A DNA stretch of 26,655 bases from Alphaproteobacteria bacterium (lineage in GTDB: Bacteria > Pseudomonadota > Alphaproteobacteria > Micavibrionales > UBA2020). Each line of letters starts with the position of its first letter. The stretch's first letter is position 1. This document shows positions 1-8,398 of this stretch, piece after piece. The notes beneath the pieces are model-generated. The model was not told where the DNA came from. It did no database searches and saw nothing but the letters and a program-made list of their open reading frames with translations. The stretch covers positions 1 to 26,655 of the forward strand of contig JBBQWK010000001.1 of the NCBI GenBank assembly GCA_038210695.1, in the 5' to 3' direction. A program made the translations under genes and the position numbers.

Positions 1-2
1 CG

Positions 3-1031
3 GATAACAAGTACCTGCGCCTGCTGAACCTTGAGACACGCGTACCGTTAAAAGACTGGCCGGCCGAAAGCCTTTATATCATTTCCACACCCGGCGGCGG
101 GCTGCAGGGCATGCTCGGCTGCCGGCTGGAGCCTGACTGCCGGCTGGTGCTGGCGGAAGATGCCTGGCAGCGGGCCATTGCGCCGCTGCTGCAACACCAC
201 AAGCACATGCAGCCGGCGAAGGGCTTTGGTTTCTGGCTTGGTGTCGGTGTTGCCTGCTGCGCGCTGGTCGCCTCCATTATTTTTTATTCGCCGGTGATGC
301 TGGATGAAGTGGCAAGGGCCGTGCCGCGCAGCTGGGAAGAAACGCTTGGCACCTATTCCGCCAATGCCCTCACCGAAGGCCATGCCTGCAAGCCCAACGC
401 CATTGCCGATGCAGGGTTGCAGCGCGTATTGAAGGCGCTTGATAAACGGCACGGTGATTTTCATGTGTATGTGGCGGAGGAGGACGAAGTCAATGCCCTG
501 ACAGCGCCCGGCAATAACATGGTGATTTATTCTGCCCTGCTGAAGCTGGTGAAAGACCAGGGGCAATTAACGGCGGTGCTGGCGCATGAAACGGGCCATG
601 CCTATTACCGCCACCCGCTCCGCAGTATCGTTTCCGCCCTTGGTGCCAGAATTCTGCTGACCATCGCCACCGGCAACAGCGGCTTTGCGACCGACGCCGC
701 CAATGCCGCAGACCAGCTGGCGCAGATGGGCAGCAACCGCGCCTTCGAAGCGCAGGCGGATGCCTATGGTATGCAGGCGCTGATCCGCAACGGCATACCC
801 CCGACTTATCTTGGCGATTTTTTGAAGCTGATGCCGGACCTGATGCTGGAAAAAGAAATTCCCGAATGGTTGCTGACCCACCCCAACACCGACCACCGCC
901 TGCAGCTGATGCATGAAGAGCTGGTCAAAAACCCCCCGCACCTGCCGCCCGGGCCCGTGAAGCAGATGTTTACGGAACAGGAATGGCAGGCCTTGCGCCA
1001 TTACTGCGGCGATGCAAAACCGGCAAAATAA
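3..1031 (+). CDS. M48 family zinc metallopeptidase (5'-truncated by window edge)
   Basis: The frame of the 111..1031 ORF stays open back to position 3 (DNKYLRLLNLETRVPLKDWP...), so the gene probably starts before the window. It has a TM segment, the VNA(L)TAPG motif, HEXXH zinc motif 'LAHETGH', the distal Glu motif 'RAFEAQAD' and 'LLTHP'. Confidence 0.88.
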   Translation, partial: DNKYLRLLNLETRVPLKDWPAESLYIISTPGGGLQGMLGCRLEPDCRLVLAEDAWQRAIAPLLQHHKHMQPAKGFGFWLGVGVACCALVASIIFYSPVMLDEVARAVPRSWEETLGTYSANALTEGHACKPNAIADAGLQRVLKALDKRHGDFHVYVAEEDEVNALTAPGNNMVIYSALLKLVKDQGQLTAVLAHETGHAYYRHPLRSIVSALGARILLTIATGNSGFATDAANAADQLAQMGSNRAFEAQADAYGMQALIRNGIPPTYLGDFLKLMPDLMLEKEIPEWLLTHPNTDHRLQLMHEELVKNPPHLPPGPVKQMFTEQEWQALRHYCGDAKPAK

Positions 1032-1084
1032 TACCTGACGCAGATTGCCAAAACGGTTATATTTGCCGCAGAGGAGACCTGCCG

Positions 1085-1606
1085 ATGGCCGATGACGACC
1101 TGAAAATTGCCCTGACCGACCCGTTTGATTACGCGCGCGTGATTGATGCGCCGCGCGATGTCGTTTTCCGCGCCTGGACGGAAACGTCCGAGCTGAAAAA
1201 ATGGTGGGGACCGAAGGGCACAGAAATTCCCCATGCCGACAATGACCTGCGCCCCGGTGGCACTTTCCTCTATGCCATGAAAATGCCGGATGGCGCGGAG
1301 ATGTGGGGCAAGTGGAAATATCTTGAAGTCGTCAAGCCGGAACGGCTGGTGACGGTTGTTTCTTTCTCCGACGCCAAGGGCGGCATGACGCGCCACCCCT
1401 TTGTGCCGCAGTGGCCGCTGGAAACCTTATCGACCTTTACTTTCGACGATGAAGGCGACAAAACCCGCGTGTCCTTGAGCTGGATTCCCGTCAACGCAAC
1501 GCCGGAAGAAATTGGTGTCTTTGCCGCGGGCCACGCCGGCATGACGCAAGGCTGGGGCGGCACATTCGACCAGCTTGCCGCTTATATCGCGACGTTGAAA
1601 CGCTAG
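1085..1606 (+). CDS. SRPBCC/AHSA1-like (START-fold) ligand-binding protein
   Basis: GAGGAG RBS at 1071-1076 precedes ATG 1085, which is a better start than 983. Motifs 'APRDVVFRAWT..ELKKWWGP', 'DLRPGG', 'YLEVVKPERLV' and C-terminal 'GMTQGWGGTFDQL'. Confidence 0.88.
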   Translation: MADDDLKIALTDPFDYARVIDAPRDVVFRAWTETSELKKWWGPKGTEIPHADNDLRPGGTFLYAMKMPDGAEMWGKWKYLEVVKPERLVTVVSFSDAKGGMTRHPFVPQWPLETLSTFTFDDEGDKTRVSLSWIPVNATPEEIGVFAAGHAGMTQGWGGTFDQLAAYIATLKR

Positions 1607-1619
1607 AAGGACATTCATC

Positions 1620-2150
1620 ATGACCATCGCCCTTGTTATTATCGCTCTCATCATCGCCGGCCTTGCCGCCTATGCCTCCACCAAGCCGGATACTTTCCGC
1701 ATGGAGCGGAAAACGGTTGTGAATGCACAGCCTGAGAAAATTTTTGCCGTCTTCAGCGATTTTCATGAAGCCAAAAACTGGTCACCGTGGGAACCCCTGG
1801 ACCCGAATATCAAGACCACTTTTAGCGGCGCAGCCTCCGGCGTTGGCGCAATTTATAACTGGGAAGGCAACCGCGATGTCGGCTCCGGCCGGCAGGAAAT
1901 TTTATCGGTGGAACCCGCGCGCCGCGTCACCATCAAGATCAACTTCTATAAACCCTTCAAGGCGGAAAACACCGTGGAATACACCATGGTGCCTGTCGCC
2001 GGCGGCACGGAAGTCGGCTGGGCGATGTTCGGCGCACAGCCTTTCATGGCGAAAATTGTTGCCTTGTTTATGAACTGCGAAAAAATGATGAACGACCAGT
2101 TCGACAAAGGTCTGGCATCGCTCAAAGCCTATGTCGAGAAACAAGGTTAA
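1620..2150 (+). CDS. SRPBCC family protein (polyketide cyclase-like) with N-terminal membrane anchor
   Basis: Hydrophobic N-terminus, then 'PDTFRMERKTVVNAQPEKIF', 'WSPW', 'GVGAIYNWEGN' and 'FDKGLASLK'. AAGGA RBS upstream. Confidence 0.88.
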   Translation: MTIALVIIALIIAGLAAYASTKPDTFRMERKTVVNAQPEKIFAVFSDFHEAKNWSPWEPLDPNIKTTFSGAASGVGAIYNWEGNRDVGSGRQEILSVEPARRVTIKINFYKPFKAENTVEYTMVPVAGGTEVGWAMFGAQPFMAKIVALFMNCEKMMNDQFDKGLASLKAYVEKQG

Positions 2151-2464
2151 GCCGGGCGGCGTGCCAGCGCGGCCTTGAAGTTTTCCCAGTCGTTGAGCGC
2201 GGCATCGAGCAGCGGCAGAATATCATTGCCGCGGCCTTCTTCCCCCGCCCGCTGAATACCCGCCATGTGGGAGCCGACTTTGGGCGCACCGAACTGCAGC
2301 GTGCTGGCCTTGACCACATGGGCGATATTGGCGGCGGTTTCAAAATCATTTTCGGCGACGGCAATGCGGATGGCGTCCAGCAGGCGCTGCGTTTCGCCAA
2401 GGAATCGTGCCAGCGTGTCATCAAATCGCGGGCCGAGCGCAGATCTGGTTTCTTCCATCATCAA
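2147..2464 (-). CDS. Hpt (histidine phosphotransfer) domain protein, possibly the frameshifted C-terminus of the upstream kinase
   Basis: All-helical sequence with 'AANIAHVVKASTLQFGA', matching the Hpt H-x-x-K-G/A-S motif. It overlaps the kinase stop codon (TTGATG junction). Confidence 0.8.
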   Translation of the reverse strand: MMMEETRSALGPRFDDTLARFLGETQRLLDAIRIAVAENDFETAANIAHVVKASTLQFGAPKVGSHMAGIQRAGEEGRGNDILPLLDAALNDWENFKAALARRPA

Positions 2465-5400
2465 GGGTCAATATCGCCGAGCGCCAGCTGCATCGGTTCG
2501 ACATCGCCAAAGGCGGCGGCGAGGCCCGCACCTGAAATTTCAATGCCCTTCTTGGTCTCCGGCAGCCAGGCGTTGATGACACCGAGCAACCGGTCCTGCT
2601 GGATAGGCTTGGTGATATAATCATTCATGCCGGCGGCAATACATTTTTCGCGGTCACCCGCCAGCGCATTGGCGGTGAGGGCGATGATGGGCAGCTGGCT
2701 TTTGCTGTCGCTCATGGCGCGAATGGCACCCGTGGCTTCAAACCCGTCCATCAGCGGCATTTTGCAGTCCATCAATATCAGGTCAAATTCCTGCTCCGTC
2801 GCCAGTTTCACCGCCTCGCGCCCGTTGTTGGCGATGGTCACGGCGATGCCGCTGCGCTGCAGGAAGCTGGTGATCACTACCTGGTTGATGACGCTGTCTT
2901 CGGCCAGCAGGATGCGGGCGTTTTCAAACCACTGCAGCTCGACGCCTGCAGGTGTTGCGGCGCGGTCAAAGACTTCCTCCGCCGGCGGCAGTTCAATAGT
3001 GAAGGCGAAGGTGGAGCCTTTGCCCTCGGCACTGGTGACCTGAATAGCGCCACCCATAAGGCCGACGAGATGGCTGGAAATGGCAAGGCCAAGCCCCGTG
3101 CCGCCGTAGCGCCGGCTGATGGTTTCGTCCGCCTGGCTGAATTTGGAGAAAATGGATTCCACCTTATCCGCCGCAATGCCGATGCCGGTATCGATCACGG
3201 AGAACTTCACTTCCTGCGTGCGGCCGGTCGGCGATACTTTGAGCGTGACGGAACCGTTGCGGGTGAACTTCAGCGCGTTGGCGCAAAGGTTATTGAGGAT
3301 CTGGCGGAGGCGAAGCGGGTCGCCGTACACGAAGCCGGCGCAGCGGGAATCAAAGTCCAGAATAAAGCGCATATCGCCGGCGGTGTCGCGCTGCGGGGAT
3401 ATTTCCACCTGCAGCTGGAAAATTTCTGCCATCTGGGTGCAGAGCTTCTTCAGGTCGAAGGTATATTTTTCAAGCTCCGTCTTCCCCGCCTCGATTTTGC
3501 TGAGGTCGAGGATGTCGGTAATGATGTGCATCAGAGATTCAGCCGACTGCACCACCGTTTCGGCATAATGCCGCTGGTCGCGGTCGAGGCTGGTGCGCAG
3601 CAGCATCTGCGTCATGCCGATGACGGCGTTCATGGGCGTGCGGATTTCGTGGCTCATATCGGCAAGGAAGTTGCTTTTCGCCTGATTGGCAGAGTCCGCC
3701 GCGTCACGCGCATCGCGCAACGCGCCTTCTGCTTCCTTGCGGTCGGTAATGATTTCAGTTGCCATCAGCAAACCGCCGATAGCGCCGGTTGAATCATGCC
3801 ACGGGCGCAGATTCCAGTGCAGCCACAACGCCTTGCCGTTCGACTGCACAATGCGGTCTTCTGATTCGGACGGCGAGCCGGTGCGCAGGCATTCCAGCAA
3901 AATCTGCGTCCATCTTTCCGGCGACTTGTGAAACACCTGAAAGTGCGACATGCCGACAATATTTTCCTGCTTGATGCGGAAATCACTATACCAGCGGTCG
4001 CTGACCATCATGTAGCGCATGTCGCGGTCACACACCGCAAAGGCAACGGGGATGTGCTTGACGAAATAGCGCAGCTGGTCGCTGGAGTGGCGCAACAGGC
4101 GGCGCAAAGCCCGCTGGCGAATGCCGAAGTGCAGGCTGAGCGCGATCAGCGAGGAAATGATAAGGCCGATAATCATGATCGCGCGGGGCAGCTGCGATTG
4201 ATTTTCCATCATGTATGAACTCGTGGGTGAAATGGTAAGCTGCCATTCCTTGCTGCGCACCCTGACCGTCACCATGCTGGCGAGGGGCGCCGCCGTTTTG
4301 TCGGCCTCGCCGCCGCCGGTATATATCGGCTTTCCCTTTTCAAGAACATTGATGGCAAAATCATGGCGGTTGTCATCGGAAAAAAGACTGGTGAACATAT
4401 CGTTCAGGTTAAAGGCGGAGATGAGCATGCCGGCATATTTGTTGTCGATATATAGCGGGTTATAGGCGACGAAGCCGCGGCCGCCCTGCACCAGATCAAC
4501 AGCGTCGGTCATTTCCGGCTTGCGCGTTTCGATGGCGCGGTTAATGGCACGGCGGCGGTTCGGCTCGAAGGCGATGTAGAAATTCTTCATTTTCTTAAGC
4601 GGCTTCAGGGAAACGAGATCCTGCAGGCGCTGGTCTTTATTGGCCCAGCTTAAGGCATAAAGAACGGGATAGGCCTGAAGATATCCCGTCGCATCCTCCT
4701 CCCAGGCTTTTTCGGGCGTGCCTTTTTCTATCTCCCACCGGCTGTCCATGCGGTCAACCGCGCTGAAGAGCCCGCCAAGGTAAAGCTCGGTATTGCGCAC
4801 GATTGATTCACCCTGCGCCGCGATGCCGGCGGCAAGGTCGCGGCGGTGGTCATTTTCCGCCGCCTGTGCGAAGGAGCCCGCCATGACCAGCAGCATGCAG
4901 AACACCGGCAGCGGCAGCCATTCCACCTGCGCGATCGGCTGTTGCGCCACAACGTAGAAAAGGGCAAAGCCGATGCCAAGGAAGCCGGCGGCGGTGTGCA
5001 GCGCCATGCCCACCTTGAAGCCCCAGACATAATAATCTTCGGTGCCGGTCATATACCCCAGCAGCGCCGGCAGGACGATGGCGACCAGCAGACTGCCGCA
5101 GGTTGCAAGCGCCATGATATGCGCTTGCGTTTTGTAGCGCGCCGCCTGGCTGCATAAGCCAAGGCCCAAGCCCGCCAGAACAAAACATAATCCTGTGCCG
5201 ATCGAGAATCTGCCGGGATAGGCAGTGCGCTTGACCAGCGCAGGCTTCACGAACAGCGTATCAATGCCATAGTCTGCGCCGAACAGGTACTGCGACAAGA
5301 TGAAAAGCGCAGCCGCGGCCACAGCAACGCCGATGTACAAAGGAAACCGCCGCGTCTGGCCGCCAAGCCCGATAAATCCCGCACCCAGCATCGCGAAAAG

Positions 5401-5556
5401 CAGCGCCGTGTTGAATTTCATCGGCTCGTAATTCGAGCTTATCTGGACGATGAGGGGAATGTTCAGCAACCAGCCCGCCATAACAGTCAAGCCAAGCATC
5501 AGGGCAAGGCAGCCGGCCGTGCGGAGAATCAGCAGTACTGGGCGGCTAATTTTCAA
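2461..5556 (-). CDS. Membrane hybrid sensor histidine kinase (multi-TM N-terminus, CHASE, PAS, HisKA, HATPase_c, REC)
   Basis: Several N-terminal TM helices. CHASE-like segment 'RWEIEKGTPEKAWEEDA...GGRGFVAYNPLY', PAS 'PVAFAVCDRDMRY...HFQVF', H-box 'FLADMSHEIRTPMN', N-box 'RQILNNLCANALKFT', G1 'DTGIGI', G2 'GGTGLGL', REC 'ILLAEDS..DLILMDCKMP..KP'. TTG start after GGGGA. Confidence 0.93.
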   Translation of the reverse strand: MKISRPVLLILRTAGCLALMLGLTVMAGWLLNIPLIVQISSNYEPMKFNTALLFAMLGAGFIGLGGQTRRFPLYIGVAVAAAALFILSQYLFGADYGIDTLFVKPALVKRTAYPGRFSIGTGLCFVLAGLGLGLCSQAARYKTQAHIMALATCGSLLVAIVLPALLGYMTGTEDYYVWGFKVGMALHTAAGFLGIGFALFYVVAQQPIAQVEWLPLPVFCMLLVMAGSFAQAAENDHRRDLAAGIAAQGESIVRNTELYLGGLFSAVDRMDSRWEIEKGTPEKAWEEDATGYLQAYPVLYALSWANKDQRLQDLVSLKPLKKMKNFYIAFEPNRRRAINRAIETRKPEMTDAVDLVQGGRGFVAYNPLYIDNKYAGMLISAFNLNDMFTSLFSDDNRHDFAINVLEKGKPIYTGGGEADKTAAPLASMVTVRVRSKEWQLTISPTSSYMMENQSQLPRAIMIIGLIISSLIALSLHFGIRQRALRRLLRHSSDQLRYFVKHIPVAFAVCDRDMRYMMVSDRWYSDFRIKQENIVGMSHFQVFHKSPERWTQILLECLRTGSPSESEDRIVQSNGKALWLHWNLRPWHDSTGAIGGLLMATEIITDRKEAEGALRDARDAADSANQAKSNFLADMSHEIRTPMNAVIGMTQMLLRTSLDRDQRHYAETVVQSAESLMHIITDILDLSKIEAGKTELEKYTFDLKKLCTQMAEIFQLQVEISPQRDTAGDMRFILDFDSRCAGFVYGDPLRLRQILNNLCANALKFTRNGSVTLKVSPTGRTQEVKFSVIDTGIGIAADKVESIFSKFSQADETISRRYGGTGLGLAISSHLVGLMGGAIQVTSAEGKGSTFAFTIELPPAEEVFDRAATPAGVELQWFENARILLAEDSVINQVVITSFLQRSGIAVTIANNGREAVKLATEQEFDLILMDCKMPLMDGFEATGAIRAMSDSKSQLPIIALTANALAGDREKCIAAGMNDYITKPIQQDRLLGVINAWLPETKKGIEISGAGLAAAFGDVEPMQLALGDIDP

Positions 5557-5663
5557 AAAAGGTCCCCGAAGTTTAAGCAGGCAGACTGCGCAGGGCCGGT
5601 GGGCAGGTGTTATGGCGCAGCCCTTTTACAGGAATGCTTATGGTCTACTGTGCCTTAAACTTC

Positions 5664-5679
5664 TTACAATAATATTAAC
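5664..5679. promoter_or_regulatory. CtrA-like box (TTAC-N7-TTAAC, one mismatch) in a divergent promoter region
   Basis: Sequence TTACaataataTTAAC compared with consensus TTAA-N7-TTAAC. A TATAAT hexamer lies at 5691-5696. Confidence 0.3.
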
Positions 5680-5771
5680 GTTTATTCGGATATAATACCT
5701 TGTTGGCTTGGGTGGTCAGTCCGGCATCTGCTGTCCGCCTTTTTTGGTCCTTTTTGATGGAAATGCATCCT

Positions 5772-6200
5772 ATGTCCGACCTTACCCCTTCCCGCCTTTC
5801 AGCTCTTGTTCTTGAAGACCAGGCGCTGATGCGCGATATCATCCGCTCGCACCTGACCGCCATGGGCTTCCGCGAGATTGAAGTTGCGGCGAATGTCGGC
5901 GAAGCCGAAAAAATGATGCACCTGAAGCGCTATGATGTGGTGTTTGTCGACTGGGTGCTGCCGGGACAAAGCGGCTATTCGATGATGAAGAAATTCCGCG
6001 AAGACCGCGAATATGATGACGTCGCCTTCGTCATGGTGACCAGTCAGGCGGAAGCGCATTACATGATTGAAGCGATGAAGGCCGGCGCGACGTCTTACAT
6101 CATCAAGCCGATCATCGGCGCCGACTTTAAAGACATCGTCAGCACCGTCATCGAATGGCTCGGCAAGGCCCGCGCGCAAATCGCCAGCCGTAAGGCTTAA
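5772..6200 (+). CDS. Single-domain response regulator (CheY-like receiver)
   Basis: 'ALVLEDQ', phosphoacceptor 'VVFVDWVLP', 'VMVTSQA' and 'YIIKP'; no output domain. ATG 5772 is preferred over the ORF-track start at 5700. Confidence 0.9.
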   Translation: MSDLTPSRLSALVLEDQALMRDIIRSHLTAMGFREIEVAANVGEAEKMMHLKRYDVVFVDWVLPGQSGYSMMKKFREDREYDDVAFVMVTSQAEAHYMIEAMKAGATSYIIKPIIGADFKDIVSTVIEWLGKARAQIASRKA

Positions 6201-6201
6201 A

Positions 6202-6678
6202 TTAATTCTTCAACGACGGCGCGTTTATGCTCGCTGCAGGCTTCTGCTGCTCGACTGCTGCAGGTGCCGTTGCCTTGCCAAAAGATTTGGTGAGGGCGCG
6301 GAGGCCGGCGAGTTTTGATTTGAGGCTGGTGAATTCGGGGCCGCCGAGCAGGTCTTTGCGGTAGCGGGCGAGCAGCGTGCCATTCTCGATATCCCGCGTG
6401 ATGGCCTTTTTAGCTTCAATGTCGCGGCGCGGGGTTTTGGTGGACCAGACGCAGGAGGCGAGCGTGCCGAAGCCGAGGATGCCAACCACCCAGATGGGCG
6501 TTGCGGGGAAAGTTGCCGCCAGCATCATGCCGCCAATGAAAGTGGCGAACAGGGCGACCTTGCCGGTTTCCTCCTTGCTCATCCATTTGCCGTTACGGGC
6601 GGCCTTGCGGTATTCGGCTGCATACAGCGCCTGAATGGCGATTCGGGTTTCATCGACGGGGGAAAGCGGCTCGGCCAT
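6202..6678 (-). CDS. Hypothetical membrane protein (2 TM) with Ala/Pro/Lys-rich tail
   Basis: 158-aa ORF with an AAGGA RBS upstream and a hydrophobic hairpin at about aa 41-78. No recognisable family motif. Confidence 0.7.
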   Translation of the reverse strand: MAEPLSPVDETRIAIQALYAAEYRKAARNGKWMSKEETGKVALFATFIGGMMLAATFPATPIWVVGILGFGTLASCVWSTKTPRRDIEAKKAITRDIENGTLLARYRKDLLGGPEFTSLKSKLAGLRALTKSFGKATAPAAVEQQKPAASINAPSLKN

Positions 6679-6759
6679 GGTGCAGGGGTCCTTCTGGAGA
6701 AACAGGAAGGCATATTCCCTAACTATGAAGCAGCTGTCAACCCAAGTTTCGGAAAATAA

Positions 6760-8379
6760 TCAGCTCAACAGCAGCCGCAGCTTGGATTGCAGCTCCTTGC
6801 CGTCGAAGGGTTTGCAGATGTAATCATCCATCCCTGATTCGAGGCATTTTTCACGGTCGCCATTCAGCGCGTGGGCGGTCATGCCGATGATGGGCATGCG
6901 CGGGCGGTTGCCGTTTTTCTCGCGCTCCCGAATCGCACTGGTCGTTTCCCAGCCGTTCATTTTCGGCATCTGCACATCCATGAGAATGGCGTCGTATTTT
7001 TCCTTCTCGACCTGCGAGAGCGCGGCCTGTCCGTTGGGGGCGACATCATAGCTGTAGCCGAAATTCTCTAAAAATGTGCCGGCGACGAGGACGTTGGGGT
7101 AGTTGTCTTCCACCAGCAAAATTCTTCCAAGCGCGGTGTCGCCGGGGCCTTTGAAAACTTCTGTCGTATGTTGAAGCATATCCGGCGCACGGCCGTGCTT
7201 CAGATCCACCCGGACGGTAAAGGTGGAGCCTTTGTCTTGTGTGCTTTCAACGAGAATATCCCCGTCCATCAACTCGACCAGCTTTTTCGAAATCGAGAGG
7301 CCCAAGCCGCTGCCGCCGTATTTCCGCGTAATGGAATTATCCGCCTGCACAAATTTGTGGAAGATAGATTCCATTTGTCCCGGCGCAATGCCAATGCCCG
7401 TATCGGCTACTGCGATGGAAACACGGCTCGTGCCGTTTGCTGTAGGTACTGCATGGGCAATAATGCGGATCAGCCCGCGGTCGGTGAATTTGACGGCGTT
7501 GCCGCCAAGGTTGGCGATTACCTGTTTCAGGCGCGTCGGGTCGCCCGAATAAATCGCGCCTTGCGGCAAATGATCCTCGACCACGACTTCAAGGTCTTTC
7601 ATGCGCGCCTGAACGGAAACGATGCTGGCGACGTCCTGAATCAGCTGACTGAGGTTGAAGGGGATATTTTCCAGCTCCACCGAGCTTGCCTCGATCTTCG
7701 AAATATCCAGCAGGTCGTTGATCAGCGTCAGCATTGACTCTGCGCTTGTCTGCAGCGTTTCAATGTATTGCAGCTGCTTCGGGGTCAGCGGCCGGCTGGC
7801 GCTTAAAATTTGCGACAGGCCGAAAATAGCGTTCATCGGCGTGCGGATTTCATGGCTCATATTGGCAAGGAATTCCGATTTCGCGCGGTTGGCGGCTTGG
7901 GCCTTGTCGCGTTCGATGGTCAGCTCCTGCGCCTGCCGCTCGCTTTTTTTCAAATAGTCGCGCACCTGATACTGGCGGATGCGGTCGCGTAAGACCGCGC
8001 GGATGGCGCTGAGCAGTTCCAGCACCTGCACCGGCCGGCGGATCAGCGTCATATGCTGCAGCAAGTCCATCTTGCGTCGCATTTCCTGCGTCGGCTCCCG
8101 CGCGGGGGTGAGCAGAATAAGCGGGAAATCGGACCAGGCCGGCTGTTGGTCGATAAGCTGGCCAAGGTGGTTTTCCCGGTCGGAAAAAAGCGCCTCCTCG
8201 GTGATCAATGCGGCACCGGCGCCCTTGGTGATTTCGTAACAGACTTCGGCCATGGAATGGCAGATGTCGCAGTCAACGCCCGCGTCGCGCAGGATGCCGG
8301 CCGTGATCTGGGCATCCTTTGCGGTCGGCGCGAGAACCAGAAAGCGAAGGTCGTTTCCCTGGGCGGTTTCCACCGTCAT
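6760..8379 (-). CDS. Cytoplasmic hybrid histidine kinase (pseudo-receiver, HisKA, HATPase_c, REC), KaiC-associated
   Basis: Degenerate N-terminal receiver ('FLVLAPTAKDA', 'AALITEEAL', 'LIRRP'). H-box 'FLANMSHEIRTPMN', N-box 'RLKQVIANLGGNAVKFT', 'DTGIGI', 'GGSGLGL'. Intact C-terminal REC 'ILLVEDN..ILMDVQMP..CKP'. No TM segments. Confidence 0.93.
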   Translation of the reverse strand: MTVETAQGNDLRFLVLAPTAKDAQITAGILRDAGVDCDICHSMAEVCYEITKGAGAALITEEALFSDRENHLGQLIDQQPAWSDFPLILLTPAREPTQEMRRKMDLLQHMTLIRRPVQVLELLSAIRAVLRDRIRQYQVRDYLKKSERQAQELTIERDKAQAANRAKSEFLANMSHEIRTPMNAIFGLSQILSASRPLTPKQLQYIETLQTSAESMLTLINDLLDISKIEASSVELENIPFNLSQLIQDVASIVSVQARMKDLEVVVEDHLPQGAIYSGDPTRLKQVIANLGGNAVKFTDRGLIRIIAHAVPTANGTSRVSIAVADTGIGIAPGQMESIFHKFVQADNSITRKYGGSGLGLSISKKLVELMDGDILVESTQDKGSTFTVRVDLKHGRAPDMLQHTTEVFKGPGDTALGRILLVEDNYPNVLVAGTFLENFGYSYDVAPNGQAALSQVEKEKYDAILMDVQMPKMNGWETTSAIREREKNGNRPRMPIIGMTAHALNGDREKCLESGMDDYICKPFDGKELQSKLRLLLS

Positions 8380-8398
8380 TTGTACCGCGGCGCGTTCA

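Noticed and set aside
1702-1710. 9-bp match (TGGAGCGGA) to the tRNA-Gly 3' end, which could define an attL/attR pair around 1.7-10 kb
   Set aside because: It is too short, lies inside an intact SRPBCC coding sequence, and no integrase is present; a chance match is expected.
5772-6200. Single-domain receiver as an MrrA/SdrG-type general-stress hub
   Set aside because: It lacks the FATGY motif (reads FVMVTSQ); it is an ordinary CheY-like receiver.
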